Shown here one piece after another: positions 1 to 12,400 of a DNA stretch of 64,000 nucleotides; position 1 is the first letter of the stretch; each line of letters opens with the position of its first letter. The position numbers and the translations under genes were made by a program. The notes under the pieces were generated by a model. It saw nothing but the letters and a program-made list of their open reading frames with translations, was not told where the DNA came from and searched no databases. Where the stretch lies: positions 124,001-188,000 of the forward strand of contig NIVC01001678.1 in assembly GCA_002269645.1 (NCBI GenBank), written 5' to 3'. This DNA comes from Macrostomum lignano. Lineage: Eukaryota.

Positions 1-469
1 TCCGGAAAAGACGTCAAAGTGTCACAATACAATACGCCTGTGGCGAAGTAACCTATGAAAATACTTACTTCAAAAATCTAACTGAGATGTGAATTTCCTA
101 AGTACGTTGCTATGAATTAAGCAAAAATAGCTGATAATAAAATAATTTGCATAATTTGCAATTAAAAAGGACATGTATTACGAAACGTCAAAGTGATATT
201 AGTAAGGGATATCTTCAGAAAAAACAAATCGAACTTCTTTAGGAGTTTAATTAAACTACTCAAGTAACTCCTCCTGAATTAGGACAGCTCAAGGGGAGTC
301 ACTAATCCTAAACTTCTGTTCGATAGAAATGTAGGAAGCCTCGGTCTAATTGTGTTGTTTACGGGTTTATAATTTATATGATTACAAGCTGTTGAAACCC
401 GCGGATTTTGAACCCGGGGAATTCCAATACCCGGAACTACTTTTGCATGTATTCTGAAATCTAAGGCCA

Positions 470-822
470 TCTCTCTCGTCCCTCGTCTCTCCTCTCTCCT
501 CTCTCCCCTCTTCTCTCGTATCTTCCCTCATCTCTCTTCTCTTCATTCTCTCTTATCTCATCTCTTGTCTCTTCTTTTCTCTCTCCTCTCCTCTCTCCTC
601 TTCTCTCTCCTCTCTCCTCTCACCCCGTCTTCTCTCTGATCTTCATTCTCCTTTCTATTCTTTTCTCTCTTCTCTTAACTCTCTCCTCTACTCTCTACTC
701 TCTCCTCTCTTCTCTCGTCTCTTCCCTCACCTCTTTTCTCTCTCGTTTTTGCTCTCTCATCTTTCCTTTCTCTTCTTTTATCTTTTCTCTCTTATCTCTT
801 CTCATTTCTCTCTGCTCCCCCT

Positions 823-894
<72 letters not shown>

Positions 895-923
895 ATCTCT
901 TCTCATTTCTCTCTGCTCCCCCT

Positions 924-1018
<95 letters not shown>

Positions 1019-1690
1019 TATCTCCCCTCCTCTCTCTACTCTCTCCCCTCTCCATTCTCCTCTTTCCTCTCCTCTCTTCTCACTCACTTCTCTACCTTTG
1101 TCTCTCCTCTCTCCTCTCGTCTCTGTAACCTCTCCTCTGTTCTCTCTACTCTCCCATCTTTTATCTGTTCACTCTCGTCTCTGCTCTCTCATCCCCCTCT
1201 TTAATCTGGCATCTCTGTCTTATATATTCTCTCACCTCTCTCCTCTGTACTCTTTTCTTTCCCCTCTTTTGACTCCTCACTTTCCTTTCTCCTTTCTTCT
1301 TTTTTCTTCTCTTCCCTTTTCTATACTCTGTCTCCCTCTCTTCTCTCACTCCACTCTCCTCTCTCCGTTATCTCTCATCTCTCATTTCTCATCTCTCCTT
1401 CCACTTCTCTCATCTCTAAAACCTTAGAGATGTAGAGATGTATCTTTATCTCTTCTCTCTTCCCTTTACTCTCTCATCTCTTCTTTCACCTGTTTCCTCT
1501 CTGCTGTCTCCTCTCTCCTCTCATCTGCAGCTCTCTGCTCTCTCATCTCTCATCTCTCCTCTCGCTTTTCCTCTCTCCCCTCTTCTCCCCTCTCTCTCAT
1601 CGTCCTCACCCCCTTATCTCTCCTATTATCTTTTATCTTTTCTTTTATCCGCTCTGTCGCCTCTCCTCTCTTCGAATCGTCTATTCGTTC
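470..1690. repeat. CT-rich low-complexity / (CT)n microsatellite tract
   Basis: Almost pure pyrimidine sequence with long (CT)n runs; the L/S-rich and ERER ORFs here are artefacts. Confidence 0.95.
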
Positions 1691-2379
1691 TTCTTTCCAC
1701 TTTCATCTGCCCCTCAGCTATGAGCTGGATTCTTTATCTGGCCTTTGAGGTAAAAGTATGCCCATCCCTGCTTGGAAAGCCAGTTTGTGGGATGTAGTAC
1801 TCTCATGGTTGTTCTCATGCTTTGATCACGTCATCTTTCTTGCCAATTTGCAGCCCTGAAAGGAATTTGTGTATCTTCAGCTCCACTGCAGTCTTCATCG
1901 GTCTAACAACCAAGGAAATACGCATTTCTTAGGAGGCCATTTAAATTTTAAAGTACCTTTAAGAGAAAACCTAAATTTCCATGGTGTGTCTAATTTAGTA
2001 GGGTTGTATTGCATTGCATCGCTTTTTCATAAATCTTTCGCTTTTACAAACCATGCTGAATTACCTTGATTTGCCATTGCCATCCACTGTTAAACTGCTG
2101 CAGAGTTTGCCTATACAGAGGGCAGTGGTTAGAATTTCTCACTAAACTGTTATGGCTAAACGTAGCCTCTCCACTCTCGGGGTGCAGAGAAGGCTATAAA
2201 TAAAGTTATTCTAAAACACTGTACATTTGCTATGTACATTCAGTCCTATCGCCTGACCCTTCGTCTGGCTCTGGGGGAATGAGTGAGTGAGTGGCACAAA
2301 CAACAGAAAAAGCAGACAAACTTCACATGCTTACAGTTTCTTTTTCGGTTGAGTTACAGAGTTGAAACTTTACATTTAG

Positions 2380-2925
2380 ATAGAGAATGAGTCAATGAAG
2401 AATTGTGTCAAGTTTGAAGTCAATCGCTTTACGTGGAGCAAACTTATGGCAGCTAAAAGTTAGTCAATTTTGAAACCCTTTTACACATCTGGGCCCAGAT
2501 CGGGAAAGAGAGGCAGGCGGGCGGAGGTTGGGGTGGCTGCCTCGCTGAAAAAAACAGCCCAACTTTAAAAGTGCACAGCGGCTTTCAGGATTAACTTTGA
2601 GATTTGAAATTTTACACGATTGTGTCAAAATAGTTGAAGATTGTCTGTGTTAAATTTGAAGAGAATCGGTAGAAGTGGAGCGGCGCTATGGAGGATTTAG
2701 TGAAAAAATCGCGCATTTTGAGCAGTTTTTTGTACTTTTAGGTAGGAAGACTTGAGTCTAGGAAATTAAAAGGTAGCCTAAGACATTCTCCGTAGTAAGT
2801 TTAGGGTGGGTGTAAAGTTTGGTGTAATTTGGTTGAGCGGTTTGGGAGTCCATAGCGATCAAAATTGTCCACACACAGACAGACACACACACACACAGAG
2901 TTTTGATTTTTATATGTAGAGATCA
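2380..2925 (+). mobile_element. Non-autonomous Helentron/DINE-1(HINE)-like repeat
   Basis: Motifs caagtttgaagtcaatcg (~2409) and aaatttgaagagaatcgg (~2655), then a cagacagacacacac microsatellite and an AT-rich tttatatgtagagat end; same layout as the copies near 5150, 5500 and 8470. Left boundary approximate. Confidence 0.5.
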
Positions 2926-3839
2926 GTGTACCTTCTAGTTATATAATATTTAAAATTTGAAAAGCCAATTGACAACAAATTTATGAAATGCAATTTGAAA
3001 CATATTTTGTATACTGCAATATATATTTTACAGATAAAGTATCTCACACAACCACCGGATATTTCAAGTTACAAGCATTTCATTATAAATATATAAAAAG
3101 TCAATAAGCAATTGTTTTTAATAATTAATACTGAATAAGTAATAATTAATTAATTTCAATAATTCAATGATTTTCGTGAATATATGAAACCAAACGAGTA
3201 AGAAAAGTTTCATAAGAAGACAGAAGTTTCTTTTAATTCAATGATAAAACTATCGATACTGCACAATAACTTGTGATCGTAAATAACGAAAAAAACAACA
3301 CCTTATGTTTACGGTGACGGTATATTTAAAATCACAACAAGTGCCGATTTTTTACTCCTATTTAGTAGACGTAGCAATTTATAAAAAAAAAGCACTATGC
3401 AAATCGTCTAGCTCCTAGCTAAGTCGTACGGTACAGTGCGTATGTTAAATAGGCCTGCCGCTCTACAAGTTTTAATGCGGTTTAGCTTCATATCTATATG
3501 TTATTTTAATCCAAGAATTCAATTTGAGTCGTGATCAGGGTTTTTTCTGCCAAAAATGTGGATGCAAGCTTGCATCTCAAGCTTAAAAAGTGAATGCAAA
3601 TATGAAAACCAGGATGCAACTTGCATCTAGGTCTAAATTTAGGGAAAGTATTCAATGAAGATTCAAAAAAGTATTAAAACAATATATTTATGCATCACCA
3701 TGATGTTTTGTTTCAGGCAATGGCTAGAGTTCTGGCACCGGAACCCATTTTCTAATGGCTATGGATCCGGCAGTGGTATTCCAGTAGTGCAATTATGGGT
3801 ATAATATAGCAGAAACATTTTAATTTTTTTAACGGGTTG

Positions 3840-4530
3840 TAGAGCTCAGAGCTGTCAAAATTAGAGATTTTATTCGAGACGAGATTCGAGACGAAAAAGG
3901 CTTGTAAGTCGAGAATTTCGAGACGAGACAAGACAAGACAAAGTAAATCTAAATATATATATTTCAGAATTGCATCTTGTCTTGCTCTTATCTTGTCTTA
4001 TCTTGTCTTAAATTTTTTGATAAGATACAATTCTAAAAAATATTTTTTAGATTTTCTAGAATACTTTCTTAATTGTAGTTTTAATTCTTTGCTATTTATT
4101 CATAAGCATTTATGCTTGTAGCATATAGGCCCTTGGCCCTACTATGTCTATTACTAATTCGTCAAAAGACCTATGTAGATTGTTTTTGAGTCTGCTGTGA
4201 TACACCTTGCTGCAGAACTGAAATGATAACTAAACGAGCGCATATGCAATGCAAACTCGTATATAACAACATCCGTTAAATAACTAAAACTGCTTGACAT
4301 TGGCTAGATTTTACCATTTGAAAATTGCCCTATCAAGCTGTATTTATATGAAAATTTGCTCCCTTTTTATATCTTAGGCCTATCACTTAAAAGCTTTTGA
4401 AAAAAAGGTATCAGAAAATTCTTGAATCTCGTCTCGAATTTCTTGACAAAATTTGAGATTTTTCAAGACAAGAAAAAATGTCGAGATCTTGTCTCGAATC
4501 TTGTCTTGTCGAGATCTCGTGACAGCTCTA
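3840..4530. mobile_element. hAT-like MITE (~690 bp)
   Basis: TIRs TAGAGCT(CAGAGCT)GTCA...TGACAGCTCTA; perfect 8-bp TSD ACGGGTTG at 3832-3839 and 4531-4538; inverted subterminal tcgagac/gagacaagac repeats; no ORF. Confidence 0.85.
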
Positions 4531-4899
4531 ACGGGTTGTTGATATTGGGATTTAGTTCAAGATAAGATCAAAACAAAACTTCCTAATTTTGTATGTTATT
4601 GAGCCTCATTAATGACGACTCAATTGCGCCATATTGTGCAACTTCTGAGCGCCAAGGAAGGCTGCTTAGAGTGCATGGAGGCAGCAGAACAATTTTCACT
4701 AGTAAGATTCAAACCCAGGTCGCTACATTAGCATTCCAGTCTGTTCGCATCAGGGCTATCTCTTTTCAATTGGAGAACATGAATTGTGGCCCTTATAATT
4801 CAATTCTTACAGCAAGTCAATTGGAGTAAAAAGTTATGACATAATCAATTTCTCAGTCAGCCAGTATCAGTCTCACTTCAAGTTAGCAATATGGTTACG

Positions 4900-5590
4900 C
4901 AATTTAAATCATGTCGTGTGTGCATTTCTTCGGCACTGTTTTCAACTTGTTGTGATGCAATCTTTATCACAATCGGAATTCAGTCAGTCAGTTTTTTCTC
5001 TAGCATTCTTACAATGCATTTCAAGTCGAAAATTTGGCTTGACCTTTGCAAAAAAAGCATGTTTTTCGAATATTTAATCCCTTTAACATTAAGCAATTTC
5101 TCAGCCAAGATGCATGTACCGTCCCAGGAAAATTTCTGATCGAATGGTGTAAGTTTGAAGAAAATCGGTTGAGCCAATTTTTCTGAAATCTATCGCATAC
5201 CGACAGACAACTCATTTTTAGTATATGGGAATAGACTAGCTAATTAGAGCTGGCTGCCAGCAGCCAGAATAATTTTTTTATTGCCCCCTTTAAGTGGGGC
5301 CCCAGTGAGTTTTCTTATCAGTTGGCTCTGGCGCAATCAACTAAAATTGACTGAAGTTTCTTGCTGATAAAATTTGCATTGAAAAAGCACATTCAAGACA
5401 GTTTTTCAAATATTTAATCCCTTTAGCATTGAAGCAGATTAAAGAAATTTTAACCGTCTTCTTTCCAGACAATTTTGAATCTTTTGGCAAAAACGCGATC
5501 AAAATTGGTGAAGAATTGCTTGCTCTAGAGTGTTATGGACATTCAAGCAAGCAAGCATACAAACCTTAGAGATTTAGTATATTTGGACTA
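4900..5590 (+). mobile_element. Two adjacent Helentron/DINE-1-like repeat copies
   Basis: aagtttgaagaaaatcgg followed by cgacagac and ...gactag (~5150-5238); second copy ends caagcaagc...ttagagatttagtatatttggactag (~5590); internal block gtttttc-aatatttaatcccttta is duplicated at ~5061 and ~5401. Confidence 0.5.
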
Positions 5591-5844
5591 GCCATTTAGC
5601 CCCCTCCGGGTGGCTTCTTAGCAGTTTAGCGCTTGTCTATAAGCAGTTTTGCACAGTCGCTGAGCAAATCTCACTAATCTCCGAGAAGTTCTGCAGTAGC
5701 AAATCTCTAAGCAGTTGTACACCAATTTTACTGAGACTAAAAAGTTCTAAAAAGTTACATTTCTTAATGTTTGAAACTTTGCAATGTCAATTCATTTATA
5801 GTTCTTTTATGATTATTCGTTATTTTCAAATCCTCACCAGATTA

Positions 5845-6790
5845 GCACTATTCTCCCACATTAGCCCTACACCCCCAGATTAGCCCCACTTCCCCCAGAT
5901 TAGCACTACTCCCCCGTATTAGCTGCACACCCCCAGATTAGCCCCACTTCCCCCAGATTAGCACTACGCCCAGATTAGTACTGCGCCCAGATTAGCACTG
6001 CGCCCAGATTAGCACTCAGCCCAGATTCGCACTCAGCTCAGATTAGCACTCAGCCCAGATTAGCACTCAGCCCAGATTAGCACTCAGCCTAGATTAGCAC
6101 TCAGCCCAGATTAGCACTCAGCTCAGATTAGCACTCAGCCCAGATTAGCACTTAGCCCAGATTAGCACTCAGCCCAGATTAGCACTCAGCCTAGATTAGC
6201 ACTCAGCCCAGATTAGCACTCAGCCCAGATTAGCACTCAGCCTAGATATCAGCACTCAGCCCAGATTAGCACTCAGCCTAGATTAGCACTCAGCCCAGAT
6301 TAGCACTCAGCCTATATCAGCATTCAGCCCAGATTAGCACTCAGCCTATATCAGCACTCAGCCTAGATTAGCACTCAGCCTAGATTAGCACTCAGCCTAG
6401 ATTAGCACTCAGCCTAGATTAGCACTCAGCCTAGATTAGCACTCAGCCCAGATTAGCACTCAGCCCAGATTAGCACTCAGCCTAGATTAGCACTCAGCCC
6501 AGATTAGCACTCAGCCTAGATTAGCACTCAGCCCAGATTAGCACTCAGCCCAGATTAGCACTACTTCTCCAGATTTGCACCACTCCGCAAAAATTCGCAC
6601 TGCTACTTCCTCTAGATTAGCCCCAATCCCCCAGATTTGCACCACTCTGCAAAAATTCGCACCGCTACTTCCTCCAGATTAGCCCCAATCCCCCAGATTA
6701 GCCCCCCCACTCCTTTATAGTATTATAATTACTCCTTTATATTAGCCCCACTCCCTTAGATTAGCACCGCTCCCCAGATTAGCACCACTC
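5845..6790. repeat. 17-bp minisatellite (AGATTAGCACTCAGCCC) with degenerate flanks
   Basis: Directly visible tandem units; homogeneous core ~6010-6560. Confidence 0.95.
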
Positions 6791-7952
6791 CCAAACTGCT
6801 AAAAGGTGACTACTATTATTGCCTCAGAAGTTTAAAGTTAAACCCTCCCCAGAAATTGGCAGTTATCCCCACAACAACTCGAAATTATCCCTTCTAATTC
6901 CGCAAAACAGACTGCAGTCATACAACTCATTTGCACTCTACAACTTTTATTATTATTATTCATTTTTCCCTCAGGGACCCAGAATTGTCCCTTCTGCAAG
7001 CTACAATTATTCACAGTTAGATATCCTCCTCAGAAGTCTGCCATTATTATCCTAGCAGTCTGCAGCTATCCCCTCGGCAGTTTGCAGTTTATACGCTCAA
7101 TGCCTGCATGACAATGATTATTCTCACAGGTCACAAAGATAAATTCGCTGCTTCAACGCAGACTCGAACTGCCGACCTTCTGCTTAGCCTATGCCTGTTA
7201 TTGCCTGTCTACAGTAACAGGCATAGCTAGGCTGCCTATTGACAGATGGTCAAAAAATCCTTATACTATTCAAAAAGTTCAGCAACTTCAGCAGTTTGAA
7301 GTTAACCTTTCCCGCAGAACAGACTGCAGTAATACTCTTAGCAGCCTGCAGTTGTCCACTTAGCCATCTACAACTTTCATGCCTGCAGTTATCCACTTTG
7401 CCGTCTACAACTTTTATTAACATCAGCAAACTACAATAATTCACTCAGCAGTCTGCAGTTATTGCCTCAACAACTTGCACTTAATACTTCACCGTTATTA
7501 TCCACTTAAGACTCTCTAAATAGTTATCCCCTCAGCAGTTTGCAGCAATACACTCATAAGTCTGGAGGAACTACGAGTACCTCAGCAATCAGTATCAGTA
7601 TCAGTATCGGTATCAGCATCAGAATCCTTAGCAAACTGCAATGATCCTTTCAACAATGTAGAAATTAGCTCAGCATTGTATGGCTTGCTAATCGATTTTC
7701 GATACATATCGGCAATCTTTTGCACCACTCAGCATTTAGCAATACCTCAGCAGTTTAGCAGCATCATCTGCAGTTAAGTAATTTAATTAATACTTCCATA
7801 GACCTAGATAATAACAATTATTGGGATCTTAGGATTTTACAAAATAAATTATTGTAATTAATAAAAAAAATTTCAATTACAATTAATAAAAAAATGTTCA
7901 AAATTGTCGAGGCAGAAGCTACTAATAAATGAATTTATTTAATTTTAATTAT

Positions 7953-8040
7953 CCGCTGGGGAGGCGGACTCGAACCTTGGACCTTACGCCTAGCCTAAAC
8001 CTAGTCCTAGTGCCTACACTGCGGCTATTCCGCCTACTGA
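7953..8040 (-). other. tRNA-like Pol III head (SINE fragment or tRNA pseudogene)
   Basis: Minus-strand B-box GGTTCGAGTCC at 7966-7976 with an A-box-like TAGCCGCAGTG upstream; the cloverleaf stems do not close well. Confidence 0.35.
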
Positions 8041-8189
8041 TCGGAGGGCGCAAAAATCAGCCATATATGCTTCGGCACTGCAGTCAAATACATAGCAGTG
8101 ATAGGCTGCTCAGTGTGCACAGGTTGTATGCAGGCAGAGCCAATGCACAGTTGAGTGAAATCTATTAATAGCAATTGTCTATGCAGTCC

Positions 8190-8560
8190 GCCAGTCAGCC
8201 AGGGTCAGAATGTACACACGCAGCCACTGAGCATTATTTTCCTCTCCCTTATTGCAGCCAGTATTGAGGCGTGCACAGTGAACAGAGAAAAGTTGTGGCG
8301 CAATCTTAATTGGAATTGAAATTCAGTTAGTGAGATTTTGACCTTTTCTAGCCTCCCATTGAAAGCATTAAAAAAACTCGTTTTTCGATTATTTAACCAT
8401 CTTCCCATTCGAATTTTTTAAATGCAATTACACCCACACAATCTCACATGAATTTGCAATTGAATAAAGCAAGTTTAAAAAAATCGGTTCAGGCATTCAG
8501 GCTGTGGACTGGAATACCGGTCAGACAGACAGACAGACCTTAGAGATTTAGTATATTGTG
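8190..8560 (+). mobile_element. Helentron/DINE-1-like repeat copy
   Basis: aagtttaaaaaaatcgg (~8471), cagacagacagacagac and ccttagagatttagtatat, the last identical to the end of the copy at ~5564-5581. Confidence 0.5.
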
Positions 8561-9458
8561 ATGATGAGTGAATGTGAATGATGATGATGATGATTGGATG
8601 GATGGATTGGATAGATGGATGGATGTTAGGTTATTTTAGAAATGCAAAGGAATTTTATAATTTATTTGCTGCCAATTTTCCCATTTTTTCTATTTATAGT
8701 AAAAATGAAAGACTGTAACATTGTTGTTCATGACAAGATTTGATAAGATTTTTTAATATTTGCTGCTTGCAAAAACAGCAAAAAATCAGGAAGACAACTG
8801 CATATAGATGAATTCATAACTCTTGCATTGTAGTAGATATCACTATGATTGATCATTTTAAATTTTTGGATGAAACAATGTCTTGCCATGTCTTACCATA
8901 TCTGGTTGGATCTTAGGTGTTCAATAAGAATTACTTTGCGAATTACTTTGATAGGTTTTTACCACAAATGCAAACTCACTGATTACAAGGTCTATATCAA
9001 TATCTATATTATATTATATATGAAAATTAGGATAGAGGTCAGTTTGTTTTTTAGTTACCAGTTTTTTTAAACAAATCATTTTAACTAATACCTTTACATA
9101 AACCTTAGAAGTACCTTTAGGAATAAATTACAATTTCTAATGGTGTTTTTAATCTGTCTTTTACATGCACTTTTGGCTAATTATTTATGTCTATTGAATA
9201 ATTGTCAAACAAAAGCTGTTAACTCCCCTGAGTCTTGCTTGGATGTTGCTAATTGTTGGTCTCATATTTCATTGCTCACAAAATTATTTCATTGGTTTTT
9301 TTTAATGCATGCTTCTTGTATTAGACTTCGTCTTTACTCTCAGCTCAGGTGTTCAAGACATCTAATTGAAAGTCAAGCGGGAGCGGCATAATTGAGAAAA
9401 CATAAGTCTATCTACGAGCAGTCAGAGTGGATATTGTTGCGGCTGTTTATCAAGATCC

Positions 9459-12400
9459 ATGGAATCTGGTAGCGGGTCCAAAAAGGCTGACTTCATTGTC
9501 GGCAGCAAGTACAAGTTGACTAGAAAGATTGGCAGCGGATCCTTTGGCGAAATCTATCTAGGCGTCAGCGTCATCAATGGCGAGGAGGTTGCGGTGAAAC
9601 TTGAACCAGTCACTGCCCGACATCCACAGCTGCTCTATGAGAGCAAGGTGTACAAGATTCTCCAGGACGGTATTGGTATTCCTACCATCAGGTAAAGTGT
9701 CTAAAGTTTTATATGACATGTACTTGCATGCCAAGTTTAATCACTGATCACTGAATCTTAAATATCCAAGGGCCACTGAACTATACCAGGATATAAAACT
9801 TAAAGATTGTGTAATTTTTTTGGAGGCCTATTTCCTGGGAAAAATGATTTTTCCCATCTCCGCAGTGCATTTTTTTCCGGGAAATAGGCCTTCAAAAATT
9901 ACACAATCTTTGTGATCTGCGTCCTGCTATACTGCAGTGTTCCTTTCAAACAGCTTTCACCCAGCTTAAATAATCTAAGAAATTTGAAAGTCTTAGACTC
10001 TAGTGGTACAGTATTTCCATTATGAATAGATCGGGTCATTGATATTGTTAGTAGCTAGAATGGTATCGAATATCAGAAATGCATATGCCATTTGTGCATC
10101 GCAGTTCGAAAATAAGACTGCTCATTTTACATTAAAAAACTGCTGAGCACAGACATTAAAATGAACTGAGACTAATCTGCATATTTATGGTCCTAAACTC
10201 ATGCCATTCCGCCTGCAATCTGCAGTGTGGCAGAGTTCGGACAAAGCAAAGAATAGAACGTGACTGCGCAGATATTTAAACCATTGGTAATTGGAATGTA
10301 GATCAATTCCCCCATTTCGGCATTATGTGGCTAAATAAACTTCTAGAATAATATAAGAAAAAAAAATGAACTAGATTATTATGATGTGTTCCTTACTACC
10401 AAGACTTTCTTAGTAATCAAAGAACAATCACTTCTAGCTACTGCTAGGCAACCCAGTAATCAAATGAAGGTACCTCTTACCTTGAGTCCTGTCTTGGAGA
10501 GCTCTTTCTTGTTTTGCAATTCTCGGACTTCTGGACTCGTTAGACGTCTATGTTTCGTAAACCAGGTACACGTTCCTTTACTTCCACTGAAGTCGTTTCC
10601 GGCCGGTATCTGCAGTCAGGACCAATCAGAAGCTTCGTGTTATCGATGGGGGGATCCCTGCGCCTTAATGCGGTTTCAAATAAGCCTCCTCCTTCTAGCG
10701 GTGTCTTAATGCACCCTAGGTATAGCTCCGGTATTTACTGATAGTCCTCTAAGATCTATTAGGGTAGTCCTTCCAGAGACTACAACCAATAAGTCTCAAC
10801 AGACTCAAACACCTGGCGCAAATGAGTAAGACTTACCGCAAGAACTCGACCGAGTCTCGAATTACTTGGTCGGAAGGAAGTCCTTTGGAGGCTTCCTCTC
10901 GGAGCTCTTCTTCCTTCTGGAAGGCAAAAATCTTGAGCTCCGGTCCGCTCTGGACCACTTGTACAGTATTTATAGGCAATCGGACCCCACATGAGGTCAT
11001 TGAGTCCATTGTCTTAAATGTCAAAGGTTCACGGATTGGTTGCTGTCAAACATGGCAGGTTAGAAAGTTACTCCATTGGTTTAGTGTGAGCATGCATGAT
11101 TGGTTACCGTAGCCGAGTTATTTTAATTTTAGATACTTTTGATTGGTTCATCCGAGCGCAGGCTGAATGATGCATCGCAACTGGGGTTTGAGCTGACAAT
11201 CGCGGGTCACACGTGATTGGGTGATTTCTAAAATTAGCATGCTCGAGATTTCTCTCTTCCTATTGGTTGATTCAAATATATGTATGGTTCAGCGCATATC
11301 TTTCTATACATGCTACTCATTTTACTACTATATAAGTAGTACGTTAACAATTTTATCACTTGTGGGAGGTGAGAGTTGAGAGTGACAGAAGAGAAATGAA
11401 GTGTTCTGTTGGTTCTGATTCTTTTCAAGGGATAATCTCGAAATTCGATATCCAATTGTGCAGCAAATGCTTTTTGGTTCAAATGTTGCATGTACCGAAT
11501 GCCACACAATCTTGTGCCAACGCCAGGTGGTACGGTCAGGATGGCCTGAAAAACCAATACAACTGCCTTGTGATGGACCTGCTCGGCCCCAGCCTGGAGG
11601 ATTTGTTCACCTTCTGTTCGCGCCGCTTCACTATGAAAACTGTGCTGATGCTGGCCGATCAGATGCTCTGCCGGGTGGAGTTTGTGCATAATAAGAATTT
11701 CATTCACCGGTAATGCAAGCATTGACGTGGTTGTGAAATCTGGCTTTAGATTTACTGAGACCGCCGCCTCGCTCCTACAACTCTCACGCTGTGGGCTACT
11801 GCCGCCTTCCCGATCCCCAGTTGCCTGGCCAGCCTCCCAGATCCCCAGTTGCCTGGTCAGCCTCCCAGATCCCCAGTTGCCTGGCCAGCCTCCCAGATCC
11901 TCAGTTGCTGGGCCAGCCTCCCAGATCCCCAGTTGCCTGGCCAGCCTCCCAGATCCTCAGTTGCTGGGCCAGCCTCCCAGATCCCCAGTTGCTGGGCCAG
12001 CCTCCCAGATCCTCAGTTGCTGGGCCAGCCTCCCAGATCCTCAGTTGCTGGGCCAGCCTCCCAGATCCCCAGTTGCTGAGCCAGCCTCCCAGATCCCCAG
12101 TTTCTTGGTAAGCCAGCCTCCCAGATCCTCAGTTGCTGGGCCAGCCTCCCAGATCCTCAGTTGCTGGGCCAGCCTCCCAGATCCCCAGTTGCTGAGCCAG
12201 CCTCCCAGATCCCCAGTTGCTTGGCCAGCATCCCAGATCTTCAGTTGCTGAGCCAGCCTCCCAGATCCCCAGTTACTGGGCCAGCCTCCCAGATCCCCAG
12301 TTGCTAGGCCAGCATCCCAGATCCCCAGTTGCTGGGCCAGCCTCCCAGATCCTCAGTTGCTGGGCCAGCCTCCCAGATCTCCAGTTGCTGGGCCAGCCTC

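Noticed and set aside
1700-1920. Possible decayed transposase on the minus strand (MKTAVELKIHKFLSG...YYIPQTGFPS)
   Set aside because: Interrupted by stops and without a motif I can assign to a family.
11234-11722. 162-aa minus-strand ORF
   Set aside because: It is the antisense shadow of CK1 exon 2 and adjacent intron; no recognisable domain.
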